Source: a bacterium (GTDB lineage Bacteria; Hinthialibacterota; Hinthialibacteria; Hinthialibacterales; Hinthialibacteraceae). Taken from it: a DNA stretch of 64,000 nucleotides. The translations under genes and the position numbers were made by a program. The notes beneath the pieces were generated by a model. That model made no database searches. It had not been told where the DNA came from and was given only the letters and a program-made list of their open reading frames with translations. The stretch covers positions 1-64,000 of the forward strand of contig CAXXSM010000160.1 in the NCBI GenBank assembly GCA_963663405.2. The letters are read 5' to 3'. Shown piece by piece: positions 50,501-58,418 of this stretch (positions within the stretch are counted from its first letter, which is position 1; each line of letters begins with the position of its first letter).

Positions 50501-52967
50501 ACGCGACCGTATCGACGGTGAGCGCATACTCGCCCTTGGTCAATCCATCAGGAACTTTTACTTCCAGACGGGTAGTCCGGGCCGAGACGACTTCGGCTTT
50601 TTTATTTCCAAAATAGACATTGTTATTCTCCGGCTGGCCTGAAAAACGCTCTCCAGTAATAACCACGGTCTCTCCCGCCGTTCCCTTTTCAGGAGAAAAT
50701 GTATAGATCGAAGGTGAGAATGGATCTCCAACAACGACCAGCGCGGTTTCGAGGCATGTGGGGCCTTGCGCGATTTCCGCCCCATATACATTGATAATCT
50801 TCCCACACAGAGCAAGACCACGTTCAATGATCCGTCCAAAGGAGGAAATCTTATCCAGCGCTCCTAACAAAGACATCGCTGTGTTAAGAACTTTGGTGGT
50901 TGTATTTTGCACTTTTTCTTTCAATTGCTCCTTGAGTTCATTTTCTACATTATCTTTTATCTTTCCTTCATAATAGGATACGCCTCCTTGTGGAGCCGCC
51001 GTCATAAAACCAAGCGCCATATCGGCGGCGGTTACAAATATCAAACGCAGATATTCTTTCAATCCAGCTTTGGAGGATTCAATATTACTCAGTTCCTGAG
51101 AGATACGCCGGGCGCCGTTTTGAGCCGCTTTTTTCATCCCGGCCCGGTTCCACCGCTTGGCGTCCTTTGTGAATAAATCCCAAATATCCACCGCCATCAT
51201 AACGAGATTGATGGCCATCGTTTCGTAGACCTGTTTCATTCCATCCGGCATGGCGTTAATCGCCACCACATCTTCCGGTTCACTGCTATAATAGGGTTGT
51301 ACCCCGCTGAATGCGCGAATTACATACACTCCATCGCCATACTGGAGCGGCAATACATTGCTTACACCGATGAAATAGTCCACGATTCCCCGGAACGCCA
51401 TATCTACCAGTGTGTAGACTACATCGATTTTTGCGGTCCATTGGTTGGCAGGCACCAGCAGGGAGGCCTGATAGCCGGTCCGGTCGAATGATTCCTTCAT
51501 CAGTTCCAGGAACGAAACGTTTAATCCGCGAGGCATGTCGTCCGGGTCGACACGGTATAGTGTGACCATCCATTCCAACGGGCTGTAATCGCAAGCCCGA
51601 TTCACTTGCACGCTGTCTTTCTCTTTTAAATACCGCAGGCGGATATAATCTGTGTCAATTCCCCATACTTTGACGTTCGGCCGATAGTACTCGTCCTGTG
51701 TTGTGTTGCTTTGTGATTCACTGGCGAAGGGGACTTGGCGGTAGGGAAGTTTGTTGATGGGAGTGGATACGTGGGAGGCGCGTTTCCCAAAGGCCATAGT
51801 CTGATTCCCGTTAGCCGCTTCGTTGTCAAGAGAGATCATATATTCGTCTGGAATGGCGTTCAGCAGCGCATGTGTAGCCGCCGTCCATGCCGCTAGCACG
51901 TCTGGATCATTCAGCCCATCCGCGCCTTGAGGGTATCGTTCGGCAATGACGCGCTCGAGTTCTTTTACTTCTGGAACTGTATTCAATAAGTTTTCAACAA
52001 TCCCGATGACATCCGGATCGTCAGTAAGGAGCATGGGATTCATAAAAAGCAACGCTTTCGCCGTCGTAAACGCGTTGATTTCAAACGGGGCCTGCCCATC
52101 AACACGCGGAGAACCCATGACTTGTGTGCTTTGAGAGGAATTCGATACGTAATAGGGATATAGGAACACCAAGTACGTATTGTTCGCTTCCCCTGAAGAG
52201 GATGCGGCGATCAAGGTGAGTTGATCTTCAGGAATTTGCAGGGAAAACACGCCTTCATCATTATCGATATTCGCCGCGTGAAGATCGTAGCCTACAATGA
52301 AATCTTTCGGATCCAAATCACCATCAACAGTCAACACTCCATCGCGTAATTCCGTGACGTAAAATACGTCCTGGCTGACCGCTGTTCCACCCGGCGTTTG
52401 GATGGTGATAGAATTTGTTACCGCCCCATCCGGCATGGTCACGGTGATGGCCGTTCCCGTGGTTTCTATGATCGGCGCTGGAAGATCGACGAACAAAACG
52501 GTATTATCACCGGGAAGACCGGCTAGAAAATTTTGTCCGGTGATTGTCACTTCTGTCCCGATTGGCCCGGCGCGTGGCACGAAATCGTCGATCACTGGAG
52601 CGGATTCGCTGTAATCGCCTGTAATCTCACTCGTGGGGATTAAACCGACCGCTTGCAGCAGAATCCGGTAGGCGTCATCCTCCGTGAGCGTTCCATCACC
52701 CATGATACGTCCGTCAATGCCGGGGAATGGGAACACATCGCCTTGTGTGACTTCTTCAGCGTTCGCTGGCTCCAATCCCTCGACGGATCGCATGATTTTA
52801 AGCGCATCCCGGCCATCGATTGTTCCATCGCTTGTGATGTCACCTTTAAGAGCCGATTCCTGAGCGCCGGCGGGCGTCAAAAACAGTCCTGTCATAACAA
52901 TGAGAAGTGAAAAAACGCGAATGTTCAGCTGAATTAAACAGGAAATACAATTCATCGTATTGTTCAC
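44541..52967 (-). CDS. Giant (2808 aa) secreted protein: dockerin, IPT/TIG, right-handed beta-helix, TolB/PD40 propeller, cohesin, W-motif
   Basis: Signal ..PAGA|Q; dockerin 'GDITSDGTIDGRDAL'; IPT 'GPIGTEVTITGQNF' and 'GETVVITGERF'; long N/G-rich beta-helix; PD40 'FTSERSGNQD', 'FVSERDGNPEIY'; cohesin 'FDIEYDASQL..GDGSVMTLEY..SPLTF'; ends PTQVECWMIY*. Confidence 0.8.
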   Translation of the reverse strand: MNNTMNCISCLIQLNIRVFSLLIVMTGLFLTPAGAQESALKGDITSDGTIDGRDALKIMRSVEGLEPANAEEVTQGDVFPFPGIDGRIMGDGTLTEDDAYRILLQAVGLIPTSEITGDYSESAPVIDDFVPRAGPIGTEVTITGQNFLAGLPGDNTVLFVDLPAPIIETTGTAITVTMPDGAVTNSITIQTPGGTAVSQDVFYVTELRDGVLTVDGDLDPKDFIVGYDLHAANIDNDEGVFSLQIPEDQLTLIAASSSGEANNTYLVFLYPYYVSNSSQSTQVMGSPRVDGQAPFEINAFTTAKALLFMNPMLLTDDPDVIGIVENLLNTVPEVKELERVIAERYPQGADGLNDPDVLAAWTAATHALLNAIPDEYMISLDNEAANGNQTMAFGKRASHVSTPINKLPYRQVPFASESQSNTTQDEYYRPNVKVWGIDTDYIRLRYLKEKDSVQVNRACDYSPLEWMVTLYRVDPDDMPRGLNVSFLELMKESFDRTGYQASLLVPANQWTAKIDVVYTLVDMAFRGIVDYFIGVSNVLPLQYGDGVYVIRAFSGVQPYYSSEPEDVVAINAMPDGMKQVYETMAINLVMMAVDIWDLFTKDAKRWNRAGMKKAAQNGARRISQELSNIESSKAGLKEYLRLIFVTAADMALGFMTAAPQGGVSYYEGKIKDNVENELKEQLKEKVQNTTTKVLNTAMSLLGALDKISSFGRIIERGLALCGKIINVYGAEIAQGPTCLETALVVVGDPFSPSIYTFSPEKGTAGETVVITGERFSGQPENNNVYFGNKKAEVVSARTTRLEVKVPDGLTKGEYALTVDTVASQKPAQATLKFLYDPAPFIESVKPAEGYSAITNVPSGIYISDTGGSIITITGYEFFFDGLDYVYFGDKQGTIVEKYRNKLGVRVPAIDPGDTEIYVRSPITGKESTHIPFKVLGPPVIQNQNVTEAMAGESIVLTGDNLHETWVSVKDRWYRPDSAQKSRLTFRMPTVGDDNESLPVKVWNAAGLSNQITIKKNPGVVIPAAPQLTGGNATITVTDTSSGLNPNGNISFDEAVAFASGKENPFALSGGIVWDDENEEQIHNYFQQNVKIGEDADGKPIYDKQWIAGAIDPPKKLGTSNGPAHEIRKHIRQNHYNLEGGRKELVPMYDENLDTDTGHTLEEGDLVSVYNSPLTDYKSYTGKDVADLIRILNPGTYNAGEELRLGQLDRIEMSSNVILQYQFPRPIALLDGCYIINGIINSSQPIKFEGSSAHISGSTLSLQTGSQAGIWIEKGFGNQIDDSVTVKGSGGNVVHINGGGKNIVKAKLYPWDGKGVLIEDGQENTLMTLHLSGFQNSSGVSVNKGKLNVIEVEKIDNCSQYGVELKETNGNTVSGLTQNYPEKTSDTLTIENCANGVYIQKSYGNQCNKITADKCQTSGVTLDQSDDNTLSAIQAINTKDGHGIVLDDSTYNKLESIISANNPKNGLYILNGSQMNETNGAFLNNNDCGVALTGEKTQLNTFTSLYAGGWKDTDFNSTPSGIIAGNKKYGVWILGGSNQNRFDQNWIMGNGSHGIVLEGEMTYGNVFVGGSIGIQNYSEELYPNANAMNGGDGVLIHEGANFNLIQNLIIKDNDGNGVMIDGAGTMFNVIEQCTIGSEAHVLTDRKLNRLFGVAIMNNAPYNMILSNAIGNNGEGGILIDDLIPEMGLPFSSALIEDNTLGFIPFVAAGEEFPSYPYYPNGYGLLIDNSWGIDIFDNEIKSFNVNVYLSGEDCSNHFFSGNVIQDATQIGVLAEKAHDILFDDTVIYRCSDKGMVLENCANMTIQGDSSLIWVNTNEGLIMRGCTDILVDEITFNNQQNSTGMVIDDSKFIDVTRCIIDQNRGDGISIINNSSEIYLTSVTCERNNKSGVYIENSDHVYLAGYDELLELYSNQIAGLNIKDSQDIYVGSSGKGSEVYIHDNESYGVWIQGSNTRTVQISECEIFDNTFFDGIGVQVDGGKGIWIGGLTEQEGNYIEGNGLAGIIAEGANTQVFIYNNIIGGSYSLFDSSYTANGHGIQLSDGVKKVEIRKNVIQGNSDHGIMIGDGANSNVIVGNMILENRRDGIMIEGGSSNRNFISRNMITDNNMKGINLQGGNNNITAPVIDWILPGRTEKLRGAADGAPNGSVVEIYADFADEGEMMIGKATVRNQRFYAECARPMGFEYHAIVIHPNGNTSEFGPVNLSEGNEAYDPPFVFTSGTPDNQNIYLFSRALETPIQITSDPANDFDPQLNPSGDTMLFTSERSGNQDLWVLQMDETEPKQFTIDPAADYDPSWRDESTSIVFVSERDGNPEIYRSELDLETPFGSIAYDDGIFSSIATGAAGDMLGVRFSVKPSTLRRISFYIAGQPARFGWKIHEWDRFSPSDTILAEGTANPAETGWFSVDLEPIEVPEDFFVAIVFLEDNRPEIGCSASGEYYNSRIWSSEYEWWDTLDIENPYMIRAFVPPPPPERLTVNPAIDRHPAESYDGSTIAFTSDRGGNMDIWLMDADGANPRQLTDGVGNNYKPVWGTHTSDEIAFVSDRDGNPEIYSINLTSGTLRRYTYNLANDDDPEWALARISENYYEGTLLFSSDRDGGKEIYAIGSSGLPNRLTYTAFDSMQPNYGLDKFILKNLGALSALSNEIAQSNATASHRSLRTLATGDPITLSMSSADISRGETTSLDVTVSNASELGNLAFDIEYDASQLMLMDETIDPLAPNTLHTFNPGSLPAIRGLARFNWIRASGFTGDGSVMTLEYQLDPEADVKTSPLTFANLAAYDINLNEIPINIENGTITATDLPTQVECWMIY

Positions 52968-53320
52968 CTTTATTGTTCAAATTAAGTAATTGATTTAGAT
53001 TTAGAAATGAGTACTATTTCACCTTATTGTTAAGTTTTGAATAAATTCCTTCCGCGCCGATGGAAAGAAATCAAACGAATCAATAGGCTAAACATATTTT
53101 TATCTATGAAATTATTGCATCTATATATCGCTAAAGTTCATATTTGCACATTTTTTTTGACATTTCAAGAAGAATTTTCAGTAATTTGGGTTAATAATCG
53201 GGTAGAAATAAGTGTATGGAAATGGATCAATGGAATTTTTCTTCCTCTGCCAATAGGTTTTTTCAGGTTTGAATATATAGTTAAAAAGTAGAGTAGAATT
53301 TAAAAAAAAGGTTCAAGAAT

Positions 53321-54995
53321 ATGGCGCATGTGTCTTCGGGACGCGCTCTCTATATCCTTCTCATTCGCCTGCCGTTCCTGCAGATTCGTGGACGTTTTCT
53401 CCATCCAACCTTGGATGGCGTTTTGAAAAACTTGATTCTGTCGGGATTCGCCTTGGGTGTTGGTTGCGCGGAATACGCATTCTTTTACCGGTTTTGGCAG
53501 GTGCTGCTCCGAATCCCGATGGGCTTTGCAACCGTCTTTCCTCACACATTGTCCGTCATCGGATCGTTTTTATTTACTTTTCTCCTTTATTCAAGTATTC
53601 TCACGGCGCTTTCGGCGATTTATCGGTCGGATGATCTGAAACTGCTATTGACTTTTCCGGTTCCAACACGATTGCTGTTAATTTATAAGTGGTTTGAGGT
53701 TTTTGTGCGGAGTGGATCGACTTTATTACTGCTGACAATTCCATTAATCGTATCTCTGGGCGTTGTTTTTCAAATGGGATTTGAATTTTACTTCGTCTTC
53801 ACCATTGCGGTATTGGCGCTCTCAGCGCTGGCTGTCTCAATCGGAACGTTTGCGGGGATGGCGCTCATGACGCTTTTTCCGGAAAAGCGTCTTCATCAAA
53901 CCATCGCGATTGTTGGCTTGTGTCTCGCCGCCCTGTTAATCGCAGGATTGCGTTTTCTTCACCTGGAAACACTTTGGAGTGAAGATCCGCTCTCTTCGCC
54001 ATTGATAGCGTTTTTAAGTCAGAATCAATTAGGTTTTCCCTTGGTTTCCCCCGGCGCCGTTCTATCCGGCGCCATTACGCCATTTCTTTCCGGCCAAACC
54101 GGTGGATGGAGCAGCGCGAGTGGGGGAATCATAGCCGCAAGCGCTGGATTCGCGTTCACAGTATTCATTGGTGAATGGATTTTTTCCCGGGGATGGCGCA
54201 GGAGCCAGGAAGCGGCCGACGCGGGTGTCCGGAGAACCGGTCTGGAAATGTCCGGCCGCCGGTTACGGGTACCCGGCTCACCTTCTTTCCAATCCCTGAT
54301 GTGGAAAGATTGGATTGTCCTGCGCCGTGACGCGGCCGTTTGGACGCAGCTATTTATGATGATCCCCCTCGCCATTATTTACATTATCAACTTGGCGTTT
54401 CTTCCACTTGAAGAGGCGTTCTTGATTGAATTTTTCGCTGTCGCCAATGTGGGTTTGATTGGATTGATCATCGCCGCAATCGGCGCGCGATACTTGTTCC
54501 CCGCCGCCTCCCGCGAAGGCAAATCGATCTGGATCACCGCCTGCGCGCCCCTTTCCCCCAGCCTGATGATTGTAGAGAAAATACTGTTCTCTTCCCCTCC
54601 CGTGATCGCTTTGAGTGTGGTCTTGTTTTTGATTTCTTCTTGGATATTGGGAGTGGAGAGCGGCCTGTTTCTTTGGTGTTTCGTGTATGGAATACTTTCG
54701 ACGGTTCTGCTCTGTGTGCTTGCGGTCTCGTTGGGATTCTGTTTCCCTTCATACGATCACCGTCATCTTTTGGAAGTCTCATTGGGCAAGGGCGCCGTTT
54801 CTCTTTATGGCGGTCGCGGTAGTGGAGTTAGGCAGTTTGGTTTACATTGGATTACGTAATGTTTTCACTCAAACGGGAAAACCACCTTCCCTCTTTGAGG
54901 AATCCTACCTATATTGGCTGCTGGTCTGGATTCTTATCACCGGTTTCTGTTTTTACCAGGGGATCAAACATGTAAAAACGTTTGAATTGAAATAG
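53321..54995 (+). CDS. Putative ABC-2-type exporter permease; frameshift near 54800
   Basis: Multi-TM; 'YRSDDL.LLLTFPV', 'LMWKDW..LRRD', 'PAASREGKSIW...P.S....EK'; C-terminal TMs continue in ORF 54687..54995. Confidence 0.75.
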
Positions 54996-55007
54996 GCGGA
55001 ACACTGC

Positions 55008-55823
55008 CTATTGATTGTAAATCTCCGTATACGATCCGACGATTTCGGGATCGGGGGGTACAACGACATCGGTATTTTTGTCCGTGTAGGGCAGGTGGTA
55101 TAAGAGATGCCGCATGCAGTTGATCCGGGCGCGTTTTTTATCGTCGGATTTGACTACCCGCCAAGGTGCGTCGGCGGTGTCGGTATAAAAGAACATGGCT
55201 TCTTTCGCTTTCGTATATTCATCCCATTTGTCGAGAGACTGCTCATCGATCGAGCTCAATTTCCACTGTTTAAGAGGATCGGTTTTCCGGGATTTAAAAC
55301 GGCGGCGCTGTTCTTCTTGGCTGACCGAGAACCAATATTTGAATAGCCGAATCCCGTCGTTGACTAACATGCGTTCGAATTGTGGTGTCTGGCGCATGAA
55401 TTCAAGGTACTCTTCCGGCGTACAGAATCCCATCACCCGTTCCACACCGGCCCGGTTGTACCAAGACCGGTCAAACATTACAATTTCGCATTTTGTGGGA
55501 AGATGTTTGATATACCGTTGATAGTACCATTGCCCTCGTTCTTGTTCGGACGGTTTTTCCAAAGCGACGACCCGCGCCCCACGGGGATTGAGATGTTCCA
55601 TCAATCGTTTAATAGTTCCCCCTTTTCCCGCCGCGTCCCGGCCTTCACAGAGAATAACGATGCGCTGCCCCGTCGCCTTCACCCAGCTCTGGACTTTCAG
55701 CAATTCGATCTGCAATTCCGCCTTCAGAACCTCGTATTCCGCTCGTTTCATCTTTTGGGGTGGATTCGGGGAATTTTCCATGATTGAACGGCTGTTCCTT
55801 TCTATGACGATAAAGTTCGGCAT
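55008..55823 (-). CDS. ppk2: Polyphosphate kinase 2 (class I)
   Basis: 'EGRDAAGKGGTI', 'FDRSWYNRAGVERVMGF', 'DPLKQWKLS', 'DDKKRAR'. Confidence 0.95.
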   Translation of the reverse strand: MPNFIVIERNSRSIMENSPNPPQKMKRAEYEVLKAELQIELLKVQSWVKATGQRIVILCEGRDAAGKGGTIKRLMEHLNPRGARVVALEKPSEQERGQWYYQRYIKHLPTKCEIVMFDRSWYNRAGVERVMGFCTPEEYLEFMRQTPQFERMLVNDGIRLFKYWFSVSQEEQRRRFKSRKTDPLKQWKLSSIDEQSLDKWDEYTKAKEAMFFYTDTADAPWRVVKSDDKKRARINCMRHLLYHLPYTDKNTDVVVPPDPEIVGSYTEIYNQ

Positions 55824-56017
55824 GAGTCGAATATTAAAAATTTTGCACTTGACTGTAGTTGTAGAAATTTTATGTCAAAGTATTAATTTAATATTCGATT
55901 CGCTGGGCTATTGCTGCTGTATCTTAAATGAATATTCTAAAAAAAATCTATTATCCGTAGGATAAATCTTCTTCTATATACGATACCTAATCTCATGTGT
56001 TAGGTCAATGTTAAGAT

Positions 56018-56932
56018 TTAATTTGAAATGGATTGGTAGAGGTCCGCATATGTGCAGGGGTTTAGCCTGGTTTTATGGACATAGGCGAACGTCAGTTCCA
56101 GCATTTTCATCGCGGGATCAAACGCGTCCAGCGACCAGGGATGCCAGATCAGCGAGACAAAGGGCTTCTTTTTTGTGATCGCACGGTCGAGAAAGATCTT
56201 GTTGATGGCGAATTCCTCTTCGGGTTTCGTGATATAATCGTTAGGGATCGCTTCAGGAATGGCGGGCGGCCAGAGCGTGATTCGTTTCGGCCCCATTTTA
56301 TTGTTGTTTTTCAATAGGTTCTCATGCCATCCATGTCCCGGCAGTTCCCAGAGATTGGGATATCCATCGGATGTGTAAGTAAACGGTTCCGTGAGCAAAG
56401 TGGGAAGGGAATAATCCGGTCCCCAAAGTAGACTGCTGACATATTTTAATCCCGCTTCTTGGATGAGTTCCAGAACACGGGGCGCGTTTCTGAATCCATT
56501 CTCGAAACCGCACCCCGGCCGAAGGCCCAGACAGGGGCGCTCGAAAACGCGTTCGACAATCTCCTTGCCTTTGAAGATCTCAATCCGTTTCTCTTCATCT
56601 GGTATGGCGTCTCCGCAGAATGGATTGTCTCGCAGCATTCGATGAGAATACGTATGAGTCGCGATCTCAAATAGAGGATCCTCCAATAGTTTTCTATATT
56701 CGGAAGCGTTCGCCTCCAGTGTTTTCCCTACGATAAAAAAAGTCGCCGGCATTTGAAATCGCTTGTGGACATCGACGATTTTCCGGCAGGCTTCCAAACA
56801 ACGGGGCGATTCGGTATCGTAGGCGGCGATATATTTGGTTGTGGATGATTCGGCGCCGCTGGTCCCTCTTGACGCCAACATCCCTGCCGCGCTCAACGTA
56901 GTGAATCGAACAAAATTTCTTCTGGTTATCAT
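56018..56932 (-). CDS. Tat-exported polysaccharide deacetylase family protein
   Basis: 'TRRNFV' Tat motif; 'YDTE', 'PATFFIVG', 'EIATHTYSH', 'HPW'. Confidence 0.8.
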   Translation of the reverse strand: MITRRNFVRFTTLSAAGMLASRGTSGAESSTTKYIAAYDTESPRCLEACRKIVDVHKRFQMPATFFIVGKTLEANASEYRKLLEDPLFEIATHTYSHRMLRDNPFCGDAIPDEEKRIEIFKGKEIVERVFERPCLGLRPGCGFENGFRNAPRVLELIQEAGLKYVSSLLWGPDYSLPTLLTEPFTYTSDGYPNLWELPGHGWHENLLKNNNKMGPKRITLWPPAIPEAIPNDYITKPEEEFAINKIFLDRAITKKKPFVSLIWHPWSLDAFDPAMKMLELTFAYVHKTRLNPCTYADLYQSISN

Positions 56933-56960
56933 ATACACCTCCTTGTTAATTGAACGCCGT

Positions 56961-57368
56961 TTAATGATCATTTATAAATTGAGTCATTGATACAGCAGTG
57001 TCGGGGAACTGTTTAATAATCTTTTTATCTTCTGTAATCAATCTGACATCTAAATGTCTTGCTAAATAGACATATTCGCAATCATATGCCGAACAACCAC
57101 TTTCATGTGATAGTCTTATGACCTGGGAAGAACTGACATCATATTCGTTCCCTTTCATTAATAGTTCCGCTACCTTAAAAATATCGATGGATTCAGCAAA
57201 GGTAAGCCTCTTTTTTCGAATGTGAGAAATGAGAACATTCCTGAACTCGCTTCTCCATAAACGAGGAGCGGCCCATATCGAATCAATTTCGTGTATTCTT
57301 TCGGCCTGTCCGTTGAAATTAGAATGTATGTAAAAATAACTGATAATATTGGTGTCCACAACAATCAT
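56961..57368 (-). CDS. vapC: VapC-type PIN-domain toxin
   Basis: 'MIVVDTNI', 'SEFRNV', 'SAYDCEYV.LA', 'LITEDK'; 4-nt overlap with the antitoxin gene. Confidence 0.9.
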   Translation of the reverse strand: MIVVDTNIISYFYIHSNFNGQAERIHEIDSIWAAPRLWRSEFRNVLISHIRKKRLTFAESIDIFKVAELLMKGNEYDVSSSQVIRLSHESGCSAYDCEYVYLARHLDVRLITEDKKIIKQFPDTAVSMTQFINDH

Positions 57369-57607
57369 GACCGGCCTTCATTTTTAAACTCATTTAATTG
57401 CTCTTGCGTTAAATTGTATTTTTTCGTTTTTTCCCGCAGACGGCGGGCGATGGCCCGATGCTGTTCAGGATCGATTGAATCATGTTTAACCGCTTGATCG
57501 ATGAGATAGAGAATTTCACCATTTACGCTTCGGAAATGGGATGAAGCCATTTGTTTGAGATCCGCATAGGTGTCATCGGGGATGTTTTTCAGAGTTATTG
57601 TAGCCAT
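57365..57607 (-). CDS. Arc/FitA-like ribbon-helix-helix antitoxin
   Basis: 'MATITLKNIPDD.Y..LK..A....RSVNGEI'; ends 'EGRS'; directly upstream of the PIN gene. Confidence 0.85.
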   Translation of the reverse strand: MATITLKNIPDDTYADLKQMASSHFRSVNGEILYLIDQAVKHDSIDPEQHRAIARRLREKTKKYNLTQEQLNEFKNEGRS

Positions 57608-57639
57608 AATCGTCTCCATTGAGGTTCCTTATTGGTTTT

Positions 57640-57668
57640 ATTATGGTTGCGCAAATAGATGTTGTCAA
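57640..57668 (-). promoter_or_regulatory. Sigma-70 promoter of the toxin-antitoxin operon
   Basis: Minus strand TTGACA, 17-nt spacer, CATAAT; repeated AACC units over and after the -10 could be the RHH operator. Confidence 0.7.
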
Positions 57669-57714
57669 CGTAAAATTCATTGTTGTGATTCACCGTAACA
57701 ACAATCTCCAAGTT

Positions 57715-58368
57715 TTAATTCAACGGCAGCACATAAAACAAAATCGCGAAATATTGACAGATACTTCCCGCCAGTACAAACAGATGCCATATGGCGTGAT
57801 TGTATGGTATCGTTTTCCAGCAGTAGAAGAGGATTCCGGATGTATAGAAACATCCACCCACCAGAAGCCAGATGAATCCTTCGAATGGGAAATTCAACAA
57901 CAAAGGCCGTAGCGCGATCAATACGAACCAGCCCATCGCGATGTAGACGATCGATGAAAAGATCCGCATACGGCCTGTGAAAAATACCTTCAGAACGATC
58001 CCAATAATCGCCAATCCCCAAATGATCCCAAACAGAGACCATCCCCACGCCCCCCGCAGCGTGACTAATGTAAAAGGCGTATAACTGCCCGCGATCAGCA
58101 GATAGATAGAACTATGATCCAGGATTTGAAACACCCGTTTGACGCGTGGTGATTGCAGGCTGTGATAGAGAGTCGACATTAAATAGAGGAGTACCAATGT
58201 CGCTCCGTAGACGCTCACACTGACGATGTGCCAAGCGTCGCCGTACAGCGCGGCGAATACAACGAGCACGACTAAACCGGCGGCGCCCAGAATGGCGCCG
58301 ATACCATGCGTTATACTGCTGGCTAATTCCTCACCAAAAGTATTCTGAATCGGTTGATTTTCATTCAT
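57715..58368 (-). CDS. Hemolysin III/PAQR family membrane protein (YqfA/TrhA-like)
   Basis: 'EELASSITHG', 'STLYH', 'DHSSIYLLIAGSYTPF', 'HAIWHLFVL'. Confidence 0.93.
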   Translation of the reverse strand: MNENQPIQNTFGEELASSITHGIGAILGAAGLVVLVVFAALYGDAWHIVSVSVYGATLVLLYLMSTLYHSLQSPRVKRVFQILDHSSIYLLIAGSYTPFTLVTLRGAWGWSLFGIIWGLAIIGIVLKVFFTGRMRIFSSIVYIAMGWFVLIALRPLLLNFPFEGFIWLLVGGCFYTSGILFYCWKTIPYNHAIWHLFVLAGSICQYFAILFYVLPLN

Positions 58369-58418
58369 CGGACAAAAGACCAATGTAAAACTCGCTTTCT
58401 TCAATGGATTGAATCCGC

